Below are positions 1 through 12,200 of a stretch of 64,000 nucleotides of DNA, one piece after another. The translations under genes were made by a program, and so were the position numbers. How positions within the stretch are numbered: the first letter of the stretch is position 1; every line of letters begins with the position of its first letter. This stretch comes from the human T2T-CHM13v2.0 reference genome, Homo sapiens: the NCBI RefSeq assembly GCF_009914755.1, contig NC_060935.1; one strand, written 5' to 3'. The notes beneath the pieces are model-generated. The model saw nothing but the letters and a program-made list of their open reading frames with translations. It was not told where the DNA came from and did not search any database.

Positions 1-3000
1 CAGCAGGGTTCCAGGTTTTCCCTCTTTTCTGAGCACCTAGGATTCCTTCCTCCCCTCCCTGCCCCCATCCCTCCAATGCAAAAAGGCAAAATAAAGCATA
101 GAGTTTTGTGCCAGCTTCATCCCAAAGTGGTACAGTGATTCTCAGTCTGCCCCAAAAGCCAATTACAGGGAAGAGGGGCCTGAATTCTTACTTAATCAGG
201 GAAATATTGCTTCCACTCAGAAAAAATGAAATCAGCTTAGTAGGGGAGAAAACTCTTTCTAAGTTGGCTAGTCCCTGACAATAAGAGAAAATCACTAGTG
301 GCTGGTATGTACCTATGTCTGTAGAAGGCCTAAGTTGCCTCAGTTTATTCTTACCCAGCACAGGATGGGCTGGTGATTGGATGGTAACTTAAAGTCATAA
401 AGATGAGGGACATGAAAGAGCTATGTTAAATCTAGGATGACCCAGATTCTTCCCAAAACTCACTAGAACATAAGCTCTGTCAGATCAGGGGTTTCTGTTG
501 CTTGCAACTGCCAAGGCTTTCAACAAATTATTAAATGAATGTGTGAAAGCCAAAGTGGATGGATGATGTGGGTCACTGACAAGCCTGTCTCCATCTGCGG
601 ATAGAATTTCTAGCAAAGGGAAGAGCGGAGAGGTCAGCCCCTCTCACCCTACCCCTAGGGATGTTGCTATGCCCATCACACCAGCACCAAGCCCCTTCAT
701 TCCCTGGCAGTATTGCTAATAATACTAATTATTCTATGCCAGGTGATTGACACTCATATTAAAGCTAAACTTCACAATAACACGGTGAGGTAGGTGTCAG
801 CATTCTCATTTTATAGATAAGGAAACTGAAGTTCACAGAGGTTAAGTAACTCGCTCCTCATCTCAGTGAAACAGCCAAGTAGGAATTTTAATATAGACCT
901 GACTGACCTCAAAGCTCACTGTAGATTATCAGGATGTGAAGGGATGGGTGATATCTACTTGTGTGTTATAATGCAGAGGTTCTAAAAGGACACCATGTGC
1001 CTCCTATGAGGAAAAGCCATCCCCAGTCAACTCCAACACAAGTCAACCATTTCCATCTTAATGTTATTATTTAGAGGATTGATGTTATTGGTTACTATTG
1101 TGTCCTATCGGAATTCAACTAAAGTTTGTAATACATTTGGATGGGTTCTCACTGATTTATATATAGTGCGAGGCATAGATACCCCATCTTCCGCAAGAAT
1201 GAAAGCCATGTCTTTTAAGAGATGCAGGCTCTATTATACTTGGAAAAACATTAGCCATCATTTGAATATTCATAGAAAGACCAAGAACCTGGCACTAATC
1301 TCCAGACACTTAAACACCATTTAAATAGTTCCTTGATGCAACATTCTTACTGGTTAAGTATTATAAACAATTGTGAATCGTATTGTGCCTACCATAGAAG
1401 TGATGTCACTTCACCATAAAAATCACAAGATTACATTATTACACACAAATCAGACATTCTCAATGATTTATGTAGCCAAATGCCAGACTTCTAGAAAAGA
1501 GCTGATGTGGCACTGTAGACAGGCATCTAGTATGATATGGTTAGGAGTCTCCTTGGTCTGCTAAAGTCTGCAGAAGATATTGAAGTAAAAATGACCACAT
1601 CTGTCACCATTAAGTAAAGGACAGAAGGCAGAACTGGGATGGGGGCTCACGGACAAGGGCTAATGGAAAGAAAATGAAAACCACCTTTTCTCAATCTCCT
1701 CTCCTGGCCTTGGACTAAGCTCCCAAAATATGTGGCAATGGCCTCCATAGTTTCTTACGTAACCAATTAACAAGTCAAGTCAATTTTTAAACAACTGACT
1801 TGCACATTTTCCTCTATCTCTCTGATCACCTTTCTAACAAAATTCCTCAAAAGAGTTGTTGATATGGACTATCTCTCATTTCTCTTCTCCAGTTCTGTCT
1901 AGAACCTTTCAAACTGCCCTTGACAAGGCCACCAGTGACCTCTGTGCTGCCAGATTCTGTGGTTGGTTCTCCAATCCTTGACCTTTCAGCCACATTTGAC
2001 AGTCAATCACACTGTCCTTGGATGGAAGGCTGGAGTTTGGGGCTATTTTGTTCACTATTGTATCCCAACTTCTGGAACAGTGCCTAGTGCATATAGGTGC
2101 TTCATAAATACTTATTGAATAAATTGTTCACTTCCTGGAGGAGGTGAACATAAAGAATAGGTAAGAACTAACCAGGCAGGTGAGGACGGAAGAGAATTCT
2201 GGCCAGAAGAAATAGAAGTTCAAAGCTACAGAGGCCTGAGAGGACTTGGCAGATTCAGTAACATCCAAGTAGTTCTGAATGGTTCTGAAGGATGCTCTCC
2301 ATTAATTCCCATCTCCATTCAGGGATCTCTTGCAAAGTGGGGCCCCTTCATCCCTAGGGCGATTAGGCCATTTCCTCGCTTGTTTCAGAGAGAAGCTCTT
2401 GGAGCCTGAGACTCATTGCCCCCACTTTTCCAGCTCAGGTGCTCTCACCTGAGGGGCAACAGCTGCAGGTGAGGGCAACGGGAAAGGAGAGAGGGAAGAG
2501 AGAAGAGAAGGGACAAGCTCTCAGATTAATCCTGTGAGTTCATCACACCGGAAAGGTGGATCCAGAAAAGCCACGTTTGGCAGGTAACGGGCTCTGCCTG
2601 TGTGACTCAGCAGCCTCCAGCATGGCATCCAAGCTGAGCTGGTTGAAGTAAGCCTCATTCCCCAAGGCCTGATGAGTGAGCTTGTAAAGGGCTCGCTGAA
2701 ATGCCTTGCAGAACCACTCACTGTTCCAGCAAGATGCTTTAAAACCAGGCTCAGAACTAATCCAAAAAGAAGGAGTCTTGATCCAAGTTCACAATGCATG
2801 TGAATAAGTCACCCAGCATCTGCCAGCAGGGTTTAGTTCCACGTAAACTGGGAATCAACAACGTTCTGTTGGGTGTGCAGCCCATTAGTAAAGGGCCACT
2901 AGTTCTCAAAGACTCTGGGATTGAGATCCTCAGCCTCCACAACAGGGCCGCTTCACGCGCCTCTTGCTTTTCTCACCAAAGCATCTCAGAGTGTTTTCCC

Positions 3001-4970
3001 AGGATGGACGATTTATCCCATTCGGTAGATGAGGCCCAGAGAAGCTAAGTTCTGCCTGCAACCACCCAAGTCAGCTCCTGGGGTCAGAATTGAGACCTAG
3101 ACCTGCCAGCCCTGTTGTGGCCATTGGATGGCATCCTCTGAGGGACTCTAGAGGACAGCAGAGGCCACGGGGCAAGCCTTCTTGCATGGAAACTGGTGGG
3201 CAAAAGGGATGGGCAGGTGTAGGGGTGGAGCACTGAGAACCTCTCAGCACAGCAGAAAGAACAACTCAAGCACATGTCCTACCTGAGGTGTGCCAATGCT
3301 ATTTTCTTGATAAATAAAGGACATCGTGCTGAGAGTAGTTGTATAACCATAAAAGGTTGAACTGGAAGGGGCCCTGGGAGAGCATCGATCCAACTTCTTT
3401 TGTTTCTTGGTGAGGAAATGGAGATCCAGAAGGTCTGTTTCAGTTGCTCAAGGTTGCACAGTTGATTTATGCTGGTGCCAGCTTTGGAAGGCTTGTATCT
3501 TCAGCACAGATCCTGTGCTCTTTGCAAATGCCAGTCGTTCTCACACTAATTCTGTTTTTTGACATCGCCTTGAAACCAGGTGAATCTCCCCCTCTAAAAC
3601 TTTAGGTAGCTCCTCCTCTCTGCTCTTCTGACCTCTGAACTGAAACCACAGAAAGACATCACAGTTAAAGTGTGGGTGGGCCCTGATCGGCATTGGAATT
3701 GAAGATTTAAAACCTCTCGAATCTTCTGCTTATTTGGTCTTGGAGCCAAAACTAACACAGCCTGAAAAGAAATGCTGGGAAACCTCCGAGACACTCTTGG
3801 AGAGGCAGCTTCTGGGAGCTGGTGAGCCTGGTTTCACTGACAAGGTCAGGCCCACTCTGGGGCATGTGTGTGAGGGAAACGTGTTTGGAGCCGTGCTCTC
3901 AGCCTACTTGCCTGGGCCTTCCATTCCACTAAGTGACGATCATGGCTCTCGGCAGGTCGGCAGCTGCCAGTGGGAGGCTCTCCCATCACTCACTCACCCA
4001 CCAGGTGTTCTTCCCAGCCACCACAGCAGCTTGGCAGGGAGTGCCACCGCCAGGGTGCTGATGGGCAAGGCGGTGCAGTGCTTGCCCCTCTGCCGTCCAG
4101 GTGTCAACAGATGGGATATGGATCTGCCCTCCCTTAACAAATAAATAGAACTTTTACAGGCTGGGTAATCCCACATGGGATAAACCAGACTGCCAGTTAC
4201 CCCAGGTTTTCCAGCCAGGATCAAGCCTCTTTAGTCCTGGATCCCAGAGCCCATCAGAATTCTTACGGAGTGGTATTTCCAGAACGCTCGTTATCCACCG
4301 GGTAGCCGTGAGGCTGCATGTCCCTCACACTGGAGTTGCAGGGAGCCAAGTATTCCTGGAGTTCCCTTTGGCAAATGTCCTACCTCAGTTCCCACAATCT
4401 ATGTTCATGGTTCTGTGCAGATGCAATCAGTTCCCCCCAGTCAGCCCCAGGAAAGAGTGAAACTGCTGATGAGACAACTTAAGGAAGGGGCACTCTCTCT
4501 TGCAGGGAAAGACATCCACCCCAAACTTTTTCATTCTTCTCCTAGCTGCTTTCTGACCTCAGTGAAACGGGCAGGGAGAAAAACTCTTTTCATCTTTCTG
4601 CTGATTGGCTTCCAATGCCAGGCCTCTAGTGAAGCAGGTAGTCTGGCTGGGTCCTGACAAGTGAAAAGGGGATGCTGGCAAGGTGGACAGAGAGCAGGCT
4701 GGAAGTTGAGTCCTGGAGTTCCACAGCCACCTAGGATAAAGCTCACAGTGTTAACGTAGTAAGAGCACCAGGCTAGGAACCAAAAGTCCCGGGGTTTGAG
4801 ATGCTTGCTTAGGTGTCGCTTAACTTTCTTGAACCTCAGTTTCTTCAGCCGTAAAATGGGGATAGTAATACCTTCCCTGCTCACTCCACCTAATTATGAG
4901 TTAGAATAAATGAAAGCTTTTGGAAAGCCAGTGAGTACTCCCCAGAAACAGGTTTTCACTTTGCCCTTGT

Positions 4971-5274
4971 TCCTTGGTTTTGGTTTTTGTTTTTTGCTGT
5001 TGTTGTTTGTTTTGGAGACAGAATCTCGCTCTGTCACCCAGGCTGACTGCAACCTCCGCTTCCAGGTTCAAGTAATTCTCATGCCTCAGCCTCCCGAGTA
5101 GCTGGGACTACAAGCACGCACCACCATGCCCAGCTAATTTTTTGTATTTTAGTAGAGACGGGGTTTCACCATGTGCCCAGGCTGGCTGGTCTTAAACTCC
5201 CTTAGCTCAGGCAATCTGCCCACCTCAGCCTCCCAAAGTGCTAGACTTACAGGTGTGAGCCACCGCACCTGGCC
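4971..5274 (-). mobile_element. AluS SINE with ~25-bp internal deletion in the right arm
   Basis: Reverse-strand Alu body with a T-rich tail at left. TSD cactttgcccttgt (4957-4970) / cactttgccctcgt (5275-5288). 'caggctg|actgcaacc' lacks the usual gagtgcagtggcgcgatctcggctc segment. Confidence 0.92.
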
Positions 5275-6752
5275 CACTTTGCCCTCGTGAGCAGTCACGA
5301 TGTTCCCGCCTACTGGCTGGTTTAGCCACCTTGGACCATTGCTGAGTGAGGGGTGGGCTCCCCTATGAAAGAGGGCAATGTAGGTCAGCCCCTGGGGTTA
5401 TCATTTGTTCCCCTCCTTTCTGTAAATTGTCTACAGGCACTGCTCAAAGAAGAAAGGGACACCATCCCTAGTTTCAAGGCGCGACTTGTCCTGCCCCTGA
5501 TGGCTGTGGCTGATCCACGAGGAAGTAAACTTGGACTGGGAAAACACAAACTGTCTCGGCCTGCAACATACATCCCATTGATAAATGTATTGATAAACCC
5601 TAACATCGATAAGACATCTGTCTGGACCTTTCAGGTCTGAACAGACAGGGCAGCTGCTGAGAACCTGGGGAAACTGACAATCCGATTCCTCTCTGTGTCT
5701 GAACCTTCCCTCTTCTCACTGCACCACCAGTGCAGGCCTCTTTGACTCACACAAGACCGTTTTTTTAGCACAAGGTCACCTCGAGGTCAACCGTCAACCC
5801 CAATGCTACAGAAACTCACCTCTGACTGCGAACCTCCAGGTTTTTTTTTTAATCTACCAAGCAATGAATTGGCACTTTTCACTGAGGAATGACTACTGGG
5901 CCCTTTAGAGCTGTTTTAAGCTCCGTGACTTAATGAGTCTCCTGTTTAATGGAAGCAAAAGCCGTTTAAGTGGTCACAGCTGCCAGGAACTTTGCTAAAA
6001 GAATGGAACTTTCTGAGCAGGTTGGGCAGTAGCAGCGCTAATCTCTGAGCCTGCCACCCCTTGCCCGCCCTTATCTCAGGCTTGTTTTGACAGCACCGGG
6101 AGCTGGTCCCACGAGAAGAGCAGCAACCTCGCTCCTTTCCCTTTTCATGTCTTCTGCTGCACCCATGGTTTGCTGCAGGGGGGAAAGAAGAAACAATGAA
6201 GCATTGTCTTATTGGGGACCGGTGTGTCAGGGCCTCATGGAATAAATATTATTTGCCTGGGAGGGGAACTGGCTGGAAGACAGCTCACAGTGTCAGGTGT
6301 GGGCTGGGGCGGAGGGGTGGGAGGGCGGTGATGTTTGGGTTTGGTTTTATTATTAGTTTAATCTTTTTCTCTCTACTGCTGTGGATTTGTTTCCCCCCTG
6401 ACAGGCCATTAAGCATGAAGCTTGTGTCTTACCCGGCCTCTGCCAGGAAGAAACAAAAGAGATTTTCCAAAGGATGTGCCCTTGTGTCACTGGGGCTCCT
6501 CAGTCAATCCCTGTCCAGCTGTGCACGGCAAAGGGTGCACACTGCAGGACCTCACAGGGTGAAAGCTCCTCTGGGAGCCCTCCGTCTGCATCTGCAGCCC
6601 TGGCAGCCCCAGATGTCTTACCTGATGGGTTCGCGGCTCTGTCATTTTGTCCCTCAGGCAAATACTGAAAGGACAGCAGGCTCCTTTGTAGGTCTGGGGA
6701 AACTGGGCACCCCCCACCCTGGTATGCCGGTCAGTCAGCACTTATTGAGTTC

Positions 6753-6810
6753 TTTTTTTTATTTTTTATTTTTATTATATTTTAAGTTCTAGGGTACATG
6801 TGCACAATGT
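6753..6810 (-). mobile_element. Extremely 5'-truncated L1PA 3' end (poly-A tail plus ~35 nt)
   Basis: Poly-T tract followed by ttatattttaagttctagggtacatgtgcacaatgt, the reverse complement of the L1PA terminus. It sits inside an L2-tail-like motif (cacttattgag...tactgtatgcagg). Confidence 0.8.
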
Positions 6811-6966
6811 TACTGTATGCAGGTCACTAATAGCTCTAGCCTGCACAGTTCCTTCACCTCTTTTGCCTCAGGAAAGCCACACATCTCTCCAGAATAAAGA
6901 ACTAAAGACCAGTGACTAAGAGACAGACACTTGAAGGATTGCTCCATAAAGGCTGAGCCCTCCTTA

Positions 6967-7387
<421 letters not shown>

Positions 7388-9159
7388 GTGTTTAACCATA
7401 AACCTTTCCCTCATCCCTAAATCCATTTTGGGTACAAGCCATCTACCCAATGGCTGTAATAATAGTTATTGATGATTGAGAATGTACAGTATATGTTGAG
7501 CACTTGCTAAGTGCTTTCCGTATATTATCTCACCATGTGGCAAGCCTGGAGAAAGCTTGCAGAGAGTGAGGAACTGCCCAAAGTCACACAGGTCATCAGG
7601 CTTCCTGAGAATGGCACCACGGCCTCGGCTTTACAGGCATGGCACTTGAGTTCACCTTCACGTGCTGGGGATCCTGTGTTCCCAGAAGGCAGAGACCCTA
7701 TCTGTGTCCTTCTGTTAATTATTTTTGTGTACAAAATAATTCAGTCCTGTGCTCAGTGCCATGAACTATTAGGGATTTAATACATGCTTTTTGAGGGTGA
7801 TAATGATCTCACCATCCCAGTTAGTGAAATAAACATTCCCTCCCTTCTCTCAAAGAGAAACAAAGGGCCACAGCAGGCCAAGCCACCCCAGGCACACTGC
7901 AGGGTGTGTGGAGATGGCACCAGCAGGTGAGTCCCACAGACCTGGCTTTGGATCCCAGCCTGGTCACCCACGGCCTGGCCCCTGGGGTGCACCAGCTAAC
8001 CTCTCCAAGGCCAAGTTTCCCCAAACACGGGAGAAAGTCACAGCACCTACCTCGTAGGGTCATTGTGAAAATGAAGTGAGAAAATGCCCACGGTGTTCCC
8101 AGCAGCCCTGCCTGGTGGAAGGCAGGTGTTCCATGTCAGTTTCCTTACTCAGCACCCAGGCATCTTCTTCCTCTCGTGGAGCTCTCAGCACTCAAGAGCC
8201 CCTTCAGTAAGACCTGGAATGCAGTTTGTTGACCAAAGGAGTGCTGGCAGGGAGGATCTCCACTTGGGTGGCCGTATCTCCTACCTCTGCTCTTGGTCCC
8301 CCTTTGCCTTGGGGACATTCCCACCAACACACGCCACTGGCAGCGCACCCTGCTGACCAGCATGCACTGCTGTTCTTACTTACCCCAAAAGCCCAGACTT
8401 GAATACCCTGTTGTCCTCAGTGGCGCGGCTGAGACCAGGCTGGAGCTTTTCAACAAGATGTAACTCAAGTGGGGAATAACATGCAAGTAACCCTTAAGGT
8501 GACTGCCGCACCCTGTGGCCCACACAGAGAGGCTCTCTGCCCAGCCCCACTTGTCTGCAAAGGATATCCTCCAGCCTGTCTAGAGTCCACAAGGTCCAGG
8601 CTGGAGAGAAAGAGGCCAAGGAGCCAGATGTCTCTCTCTCACCCACGACCTACTTTCTGAGATCTTACTTCCATACTGAAGACAGGCCTCCTTCCCAGGG
8701 GATACCAGAAGTCAGAGTTCCTTTCAGTGGGTCTTGCCTTATTATATTCAGTAATGTGGCCCAGCAAATAAATATGTCAATTCAACAATAAACCCTGTGT
8801 CTATACATGCAACGCTCCCTGGAACAGCAGGGAAAGGGAAGAGGAGGGGAATTTGATTACAAGTGCTTTATATTTACGCTGTCTCATGAGATGCTTCCAA
8901 CAGGCCTATCAGATATTTTAGAACCATCATTCCTAATTTGCAGATAACAAAATTTTGGCTTGGAGAGGTTAAGGGAATGACCAAGCTAAGCCCAGTTCTC
9001 CTGTCTCCCTCCCTTGAGTTCAGGATACCAACCCAATCACTGAATCTTCCCCAGGAACGAGCCTGGGGCCAGGGTGAGAAAGGGGCTTCCCGGAAGTGCT
9101 GAGTTAAATCGGCACTGGATGCAGCCACGGACAAGGGGACATGGTGGTTGTCCCTCTCT

Positions 9160-9380
9160 CTGCCAAGTTGTAGGTCAGGAGACCTGGTTCAAGCCCAGGC
9201 TTTGCCACTTGGAAGACTGTATGGTCTGAAATCATTCTTCTCAGTGCCTCAGTTTCTGCATCTGTGAAACGGTGAGGAACAAACCAATTAATACACATAA
9301 AGCCCTTAGTGCCCTTGATGCCTAGAACATGTAAGTATTTAATAAATATCAACATTTTTATTAACATTGTTATTGTTACT
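9160..9380. mobile_element. MIR SINE (one of many; others near 715-915, 3005-3100, 3350-3520, 4790-4930, 8860-8990, 10700-10790, 12740-12860, 14200-14390, 31300-31420)
   Basis: MIR core motif tcagtgcctcagtttctgcatctgtgaaa... and tail taagtatttaataaat. Confidence 0.7.
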
Positions 9381-9584
9381 GTTATTCCCTTCCAAAGTCT
9401 TGCAAGAAGTAAATGGGATGACAGATGTGAAAACACATTATAAGCTATAGAGGTAAGAAATGACCACTCATGTATGCTGAGAAGGTAACAGGAAAAAGGG
9501 CTTGGCCTTAGATAATGTCATTGAACAGCCTCAAACTTTCAACAGAAAGCACAGAAATATTCCAAAAAGAGTACTCCAATAATT

Positions 9585-9749
9585 TGAAACCAGGCCACCG
9601 AGTCCAAGTTCTTGCCACAGTTCCAGGGCCGAGGCTGTTTCCCAAGAGCCCTGTAATTGCTTTCAACCTGTGCCTCACCCAAACACCACGGCTGGCGCAG
9701 GTGGACACCTTCCGTCTCTTCTCCTTCCAGGCTGGGCCCCAGAAAGAAA
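9585..9749 (+). repeat. Local duplicate of 11552-11706 inserted with a target-site duplication
   Basis: 9591-9745 aligns gap-free to 11552-11706 with 11 mismatches in 155 bp. Flanked by identical tactccaataatt at 9572-9584 and 9750-9762. Confidence 0.93.
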
Positions 9750-11749
9750 TACTCCAATAATTCACCTTGTGGTTTTCAACTTTAGACCAGATTGTTTGTT
9801 ATGTATATAACTGTTTGCATTTCACTTACTTATCCTCAATCGTCACATACCTGGGAGGGAAGGAGGCTGCACAGAGCCCCCGGAGCCCCAGCCCCACGTG
9901 GTTACACCTGCCCACGCTTCTGGTCTAAGTAGTCCTTGGGTGCCTTAGTGTGAACGGAGCATACAATTAAGCTCTGTCTCTCTTTCTCAGCTAACTCAGG
10001 TGCAATCCTTCTTGACAGTCTGGAGGAACCAGGCAGGCTGGCCACCAAGTGAGGGGAAGTTGCTGCTAGCTCATTAATGGTTGAAAGCCCAATAGTACCA
10101 CCCCTCACTGTCTTGTAGCAAAGACCCTTGGCTCATGTTTAGAATGTTAGCCAAATAGGAGTCACCGAGTGCAACTTTATGGCAGCACTCAGCTGGAAAC
10201 AGTGGGGCATCTAGGGGAAGTGTCCGTGCTCGGTCCCTGCCCTTACACGGATCAGTCTGGCTGATGGAATGAGACGAATGAAATGGAAACAATGAGCAAA
10301 TCATAAAAGGCAGTACTGTCATGAAGAGTTTGATTTTATGGCACAGAATGCAATTGTTAGAGTTAGAGTAGGGAGAGATGGCCAAGAGCTAGAGTGGGCA
10401 GGGAAGGTTCCTGTGGGAAGAGGTTAGCTGGGCCTTTCAGGTATGCAGGAGTTGAACTGGTGGGAGGGAGAGTGGCATTCCAAGTTGGGGAAGCTATGTG
10501 AGAGAATCTAGGAGACAGAAAAGAACAAGGGCTGTTTATAGAGCAGAGGCCAAACTGGCATGACTAGAGTAGAAGGAGGGCATCCTAATTCCCAGCCTTA
10601 TCCACCGCTTTGCAAGAACCAGGAAAATGAATTCCTGTTGGCCATAAAACTAGTTGCAGGTGATGTAACCCATCCTATTCGGCCTCCCATATTTACAGCT
10701 ATACAGGAACAACTCTCTGAAACTCAGTCTCCTCACCCGTAAAATGGGATGGTAATACGTGCCCCTGGGAGCCAGCGAGAATTAAAAGGGATAAGATGCA
10801 CTGGCTCCCAGGGGCAAGCACTAGCAGACAAGGAATAGGGCAGTCCTCCCTTCACACTCCACAGAGAAGAAATGTCCTCCAACTCTCCCAGGAGGCAGAG
10901 CCCAGCTCTCCTTCCAAACAGCCTTGGAGTTGCTTGGCCTCTCCACTTCTTCAACGAAGTTGTGGGCAGAAGACAAATGCAGAGTTCTCTTGTACCTGAC
11001 AAGGAGAGAGAAGCAGACCCTGTGTGAGTCTCTTGCTGTTGACGTTGATCCACAGGGGGTGCAGGATGGGACTGAGGCAGGCCCACCTGCCTGGAAAGCC
11101 TGCCTGTACCCTGACCCCATGGGGCCCTAACACACACCCTCCCAGCCACAGGGGCTCTGCAGAGCTAAGCCAGCTGTCCTATGGAGGTGGGGACCCTCCT
11201 CCTGCCCTGCCACTCTCTCTTTCTCCTGGAGAGGACAGGCAGGTGGGCATGGCCACAGGAGAACTTCTCGAAGGTGCTAACTGGCCCAGAGAAAGAAAGG
11301 TGGCCTGGTAGGGAGTTGTCTACCAGAGATTGAGAGAGCATGGGAGAAGTTGAGAGGGAGGAGGAAAGTGCACGCCATCCTGCGCGCAGCCTCGCCTTAG
11401 GGAAAGCATGTGTGAGAAGTGGTGGTAGGCGGTTGCTAGCCTTGGAAACAAACAAACAGCCAACCAAAAGGCTTCGGAAGGAAGGAGTGTCTAATTAATC
11501 AGCCCCGAGGGACAGGTCCGCACTGCCTGACTGTGCTCCTCAGCCTGGTTTCAGGCCACCGAGTCCAAGTTTCTGCCACAGTTCCAGGGCCGAGGCTGTT
11601 TCCAAAGAGCCCTGTAATTGTTTTCCACCTGTGTCTCACCCAAACACCAAGGCTGGCGCAGGTGGACACCTTCCCACTTTTCTCCCTCCAGGCTGGGCCC
11701 CAGAAATCAGTAGAGGAGGGAGGAATCAGTCAGCGTGGCCATGCCTGGG

Positions 11750-12200
11750 AGGAGAGGCCCGTGTGGGTCTGTGGGGCTAAGAGGCAAAGGCGGGTGGCGG
11801 ATGTGGGCCAGCGGGAGCCTGGAGGGGTTGACACCGCCTGCTCCACCGCAAGCCCCTGGAGGAAGAGCCCCGCTGTGCCCGAGAGCGAGCGCGGGCAGGT
11901 GTAACTACGCGGGGCTGGGGCTCCGGGGGCTCCGCGCAGCCTCCTTCCCTCCCAGGGACACCGCCCAGCTGCGCCCCGCGCCCCGCCGACTGCGCGGGCC
12001 TTGAGACGCTGGTGGCTGCCTCGGGGTTGGCCTGCTCCTCGCGCACATGTTCAGGGTCATCCGCGCTGCGCCTCTGCTTCAGGTGCTTGGCTAGAGAAAG
12101 GGCGGCAAGACGGGGCAGTGCGTGTGCGCGCGCGGGCAAGTGCATGTGAGTGCACACTTATGTGAGCGCATGTGTGTCTGCGCTTGTGCGTGTCCAGGGG
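11750..12200. promoter_or_regulatory. Small CpG island, probable promoter/regulatory element (gene and direction not identified)
   Basis: Very high GC and dense CpG (gagcgagcgcgggc, ctccgcgcagc, gcgccccgcgccccgccgactgcgcgggcc, tgcgcgcgcggg) against CpG-depleted flanks. GC boxes (ccgccc, gggcgg) and E-boxes. Confidence 0.8.

Noticed and set aside
6196-6792. 198-aa ORF, longest in the window
   Set aside because: No recognisable domain or exon structure; its end runs through the poly-T of an L1 scrap.
9515-11904. Two similar ORFs (GHRVQV.ATVPGPRLFPKSPVI...) suggesting paralogous genes
   Set aside because: The similarity comes entirely from the 155-bp DNA duplication; the flanking peptide is unrelated and matches no known protein.
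11750-12200. Assigning a gene symbol to the CpG island
   Set aside because: No coding exon or recognisable transcript sequence in the window; a BLAT search would be required.
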